Positions 63,790 through 64,000 of a stretch of DNA of 64,000 bases are shown one piece after another; position 1 is the first letter of the stretch; every line of letters starts with the position of its first letter. Under the pieces are notes generated by a model. The model saw nothing but the letters and a program-made list of their open reading frames with translations, was not told where the DNA came from and ran no database searches. Origin of the DNA: Gemmatimonadota bacterium (GTDB lineage Bacteria; JBHIER01; G020348925); NCBI GenBank assembly GCA_020348925.1, contig CP070758.1, positions 1 through 64,000 on the forward strand. The letters are read 5' to 3'. The translations under genes were made by a program, and so were the position numbers.

Positions 63790-64000
63790 CGCTGGCTCTC
63801 CTCCTGTAGGAGACACCTGTTTCCTTGGTTCCCTTGGTGATCACTTCGTACAGTAACGCCTTCTTCCCACTCCGTTTTCTCAGGATCCGGCCCAGCCTCT
63901 GCAAATGTTCGCGAGGACTGGCTGAGCCGCTCAGAATGACGGCCACATTCGCCTCGGGAATGTCGACACCTTCGTTCAGTACTTTGGAGGTGACAATGAG
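63776..64000 (-). CDS. XPB/Rad25-like SF2 helicase, C-terminal fragment
   Basis: [38 protein letters not shown]...ALLYEV; overlaps the DUF790 start; not in the ORF track. Confidence 0.85.
   Translation of the reverse strand, partial: LIVTSKVLNEGVDIPEANVAVILSGSASPREHLQRLGRILRKRSGKKALLYEVITKGTKETGVSYRRRASDAYQ

Overview
Bacterial genome-bin sequence made of five contigs joined by 100-N spacers (8249-8348, 13048-13147, 31543-31642, 52582-52681), so adjacency across the gaps is not evidence of linkage. T9SS C-terminal sorting domains, a PorX-like response regulator next to tsaE, dockerins and Hanks-type kinase/TPR proteins suggest an FCB-group candidate lineage (inference). The window has secreted T9SS, cohesin and dockerin proteins and peptidases; an ArsR/ABC redox island; two Ser/Thr kinases; a 1900-aa beta-helix protein; IS256-like remnants; a type IIG R-M gene with two ORF6N genes; a GH13 enzyme; a housekeeping block (wcaJ-like, serS, HK, porX-like, tsaE, tsaB, rimI, accD, folC, macro domain, tRNA-Asn); rlmD; an ABC operon; an M1 aminopeptidase-dockerin; and an XPB/Bax1-like pair. 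The main hidden signal is two adjacent genes that the ORF track splits at in-frame TGA codons. Each TGA is followed by a SECIS-like hairpin, and two of the three fall on the second Cys of a CxxC motif. One gene is an AhpD/CMD protein with two predicted selenocysteines (CEYU and C-terminal YGUG). The other is a cytoplasmic histidine kinase with an N-terminal CMD sensor carrying CKPU, i.e. a candidate selenoprotein sensor kinase. Other highlights are attC-like sites, a dispersed ~200-350 bp element in front of cargo genes that an IS targets site-specifically, and a cohesin-dockerin system linked to a peptidase.
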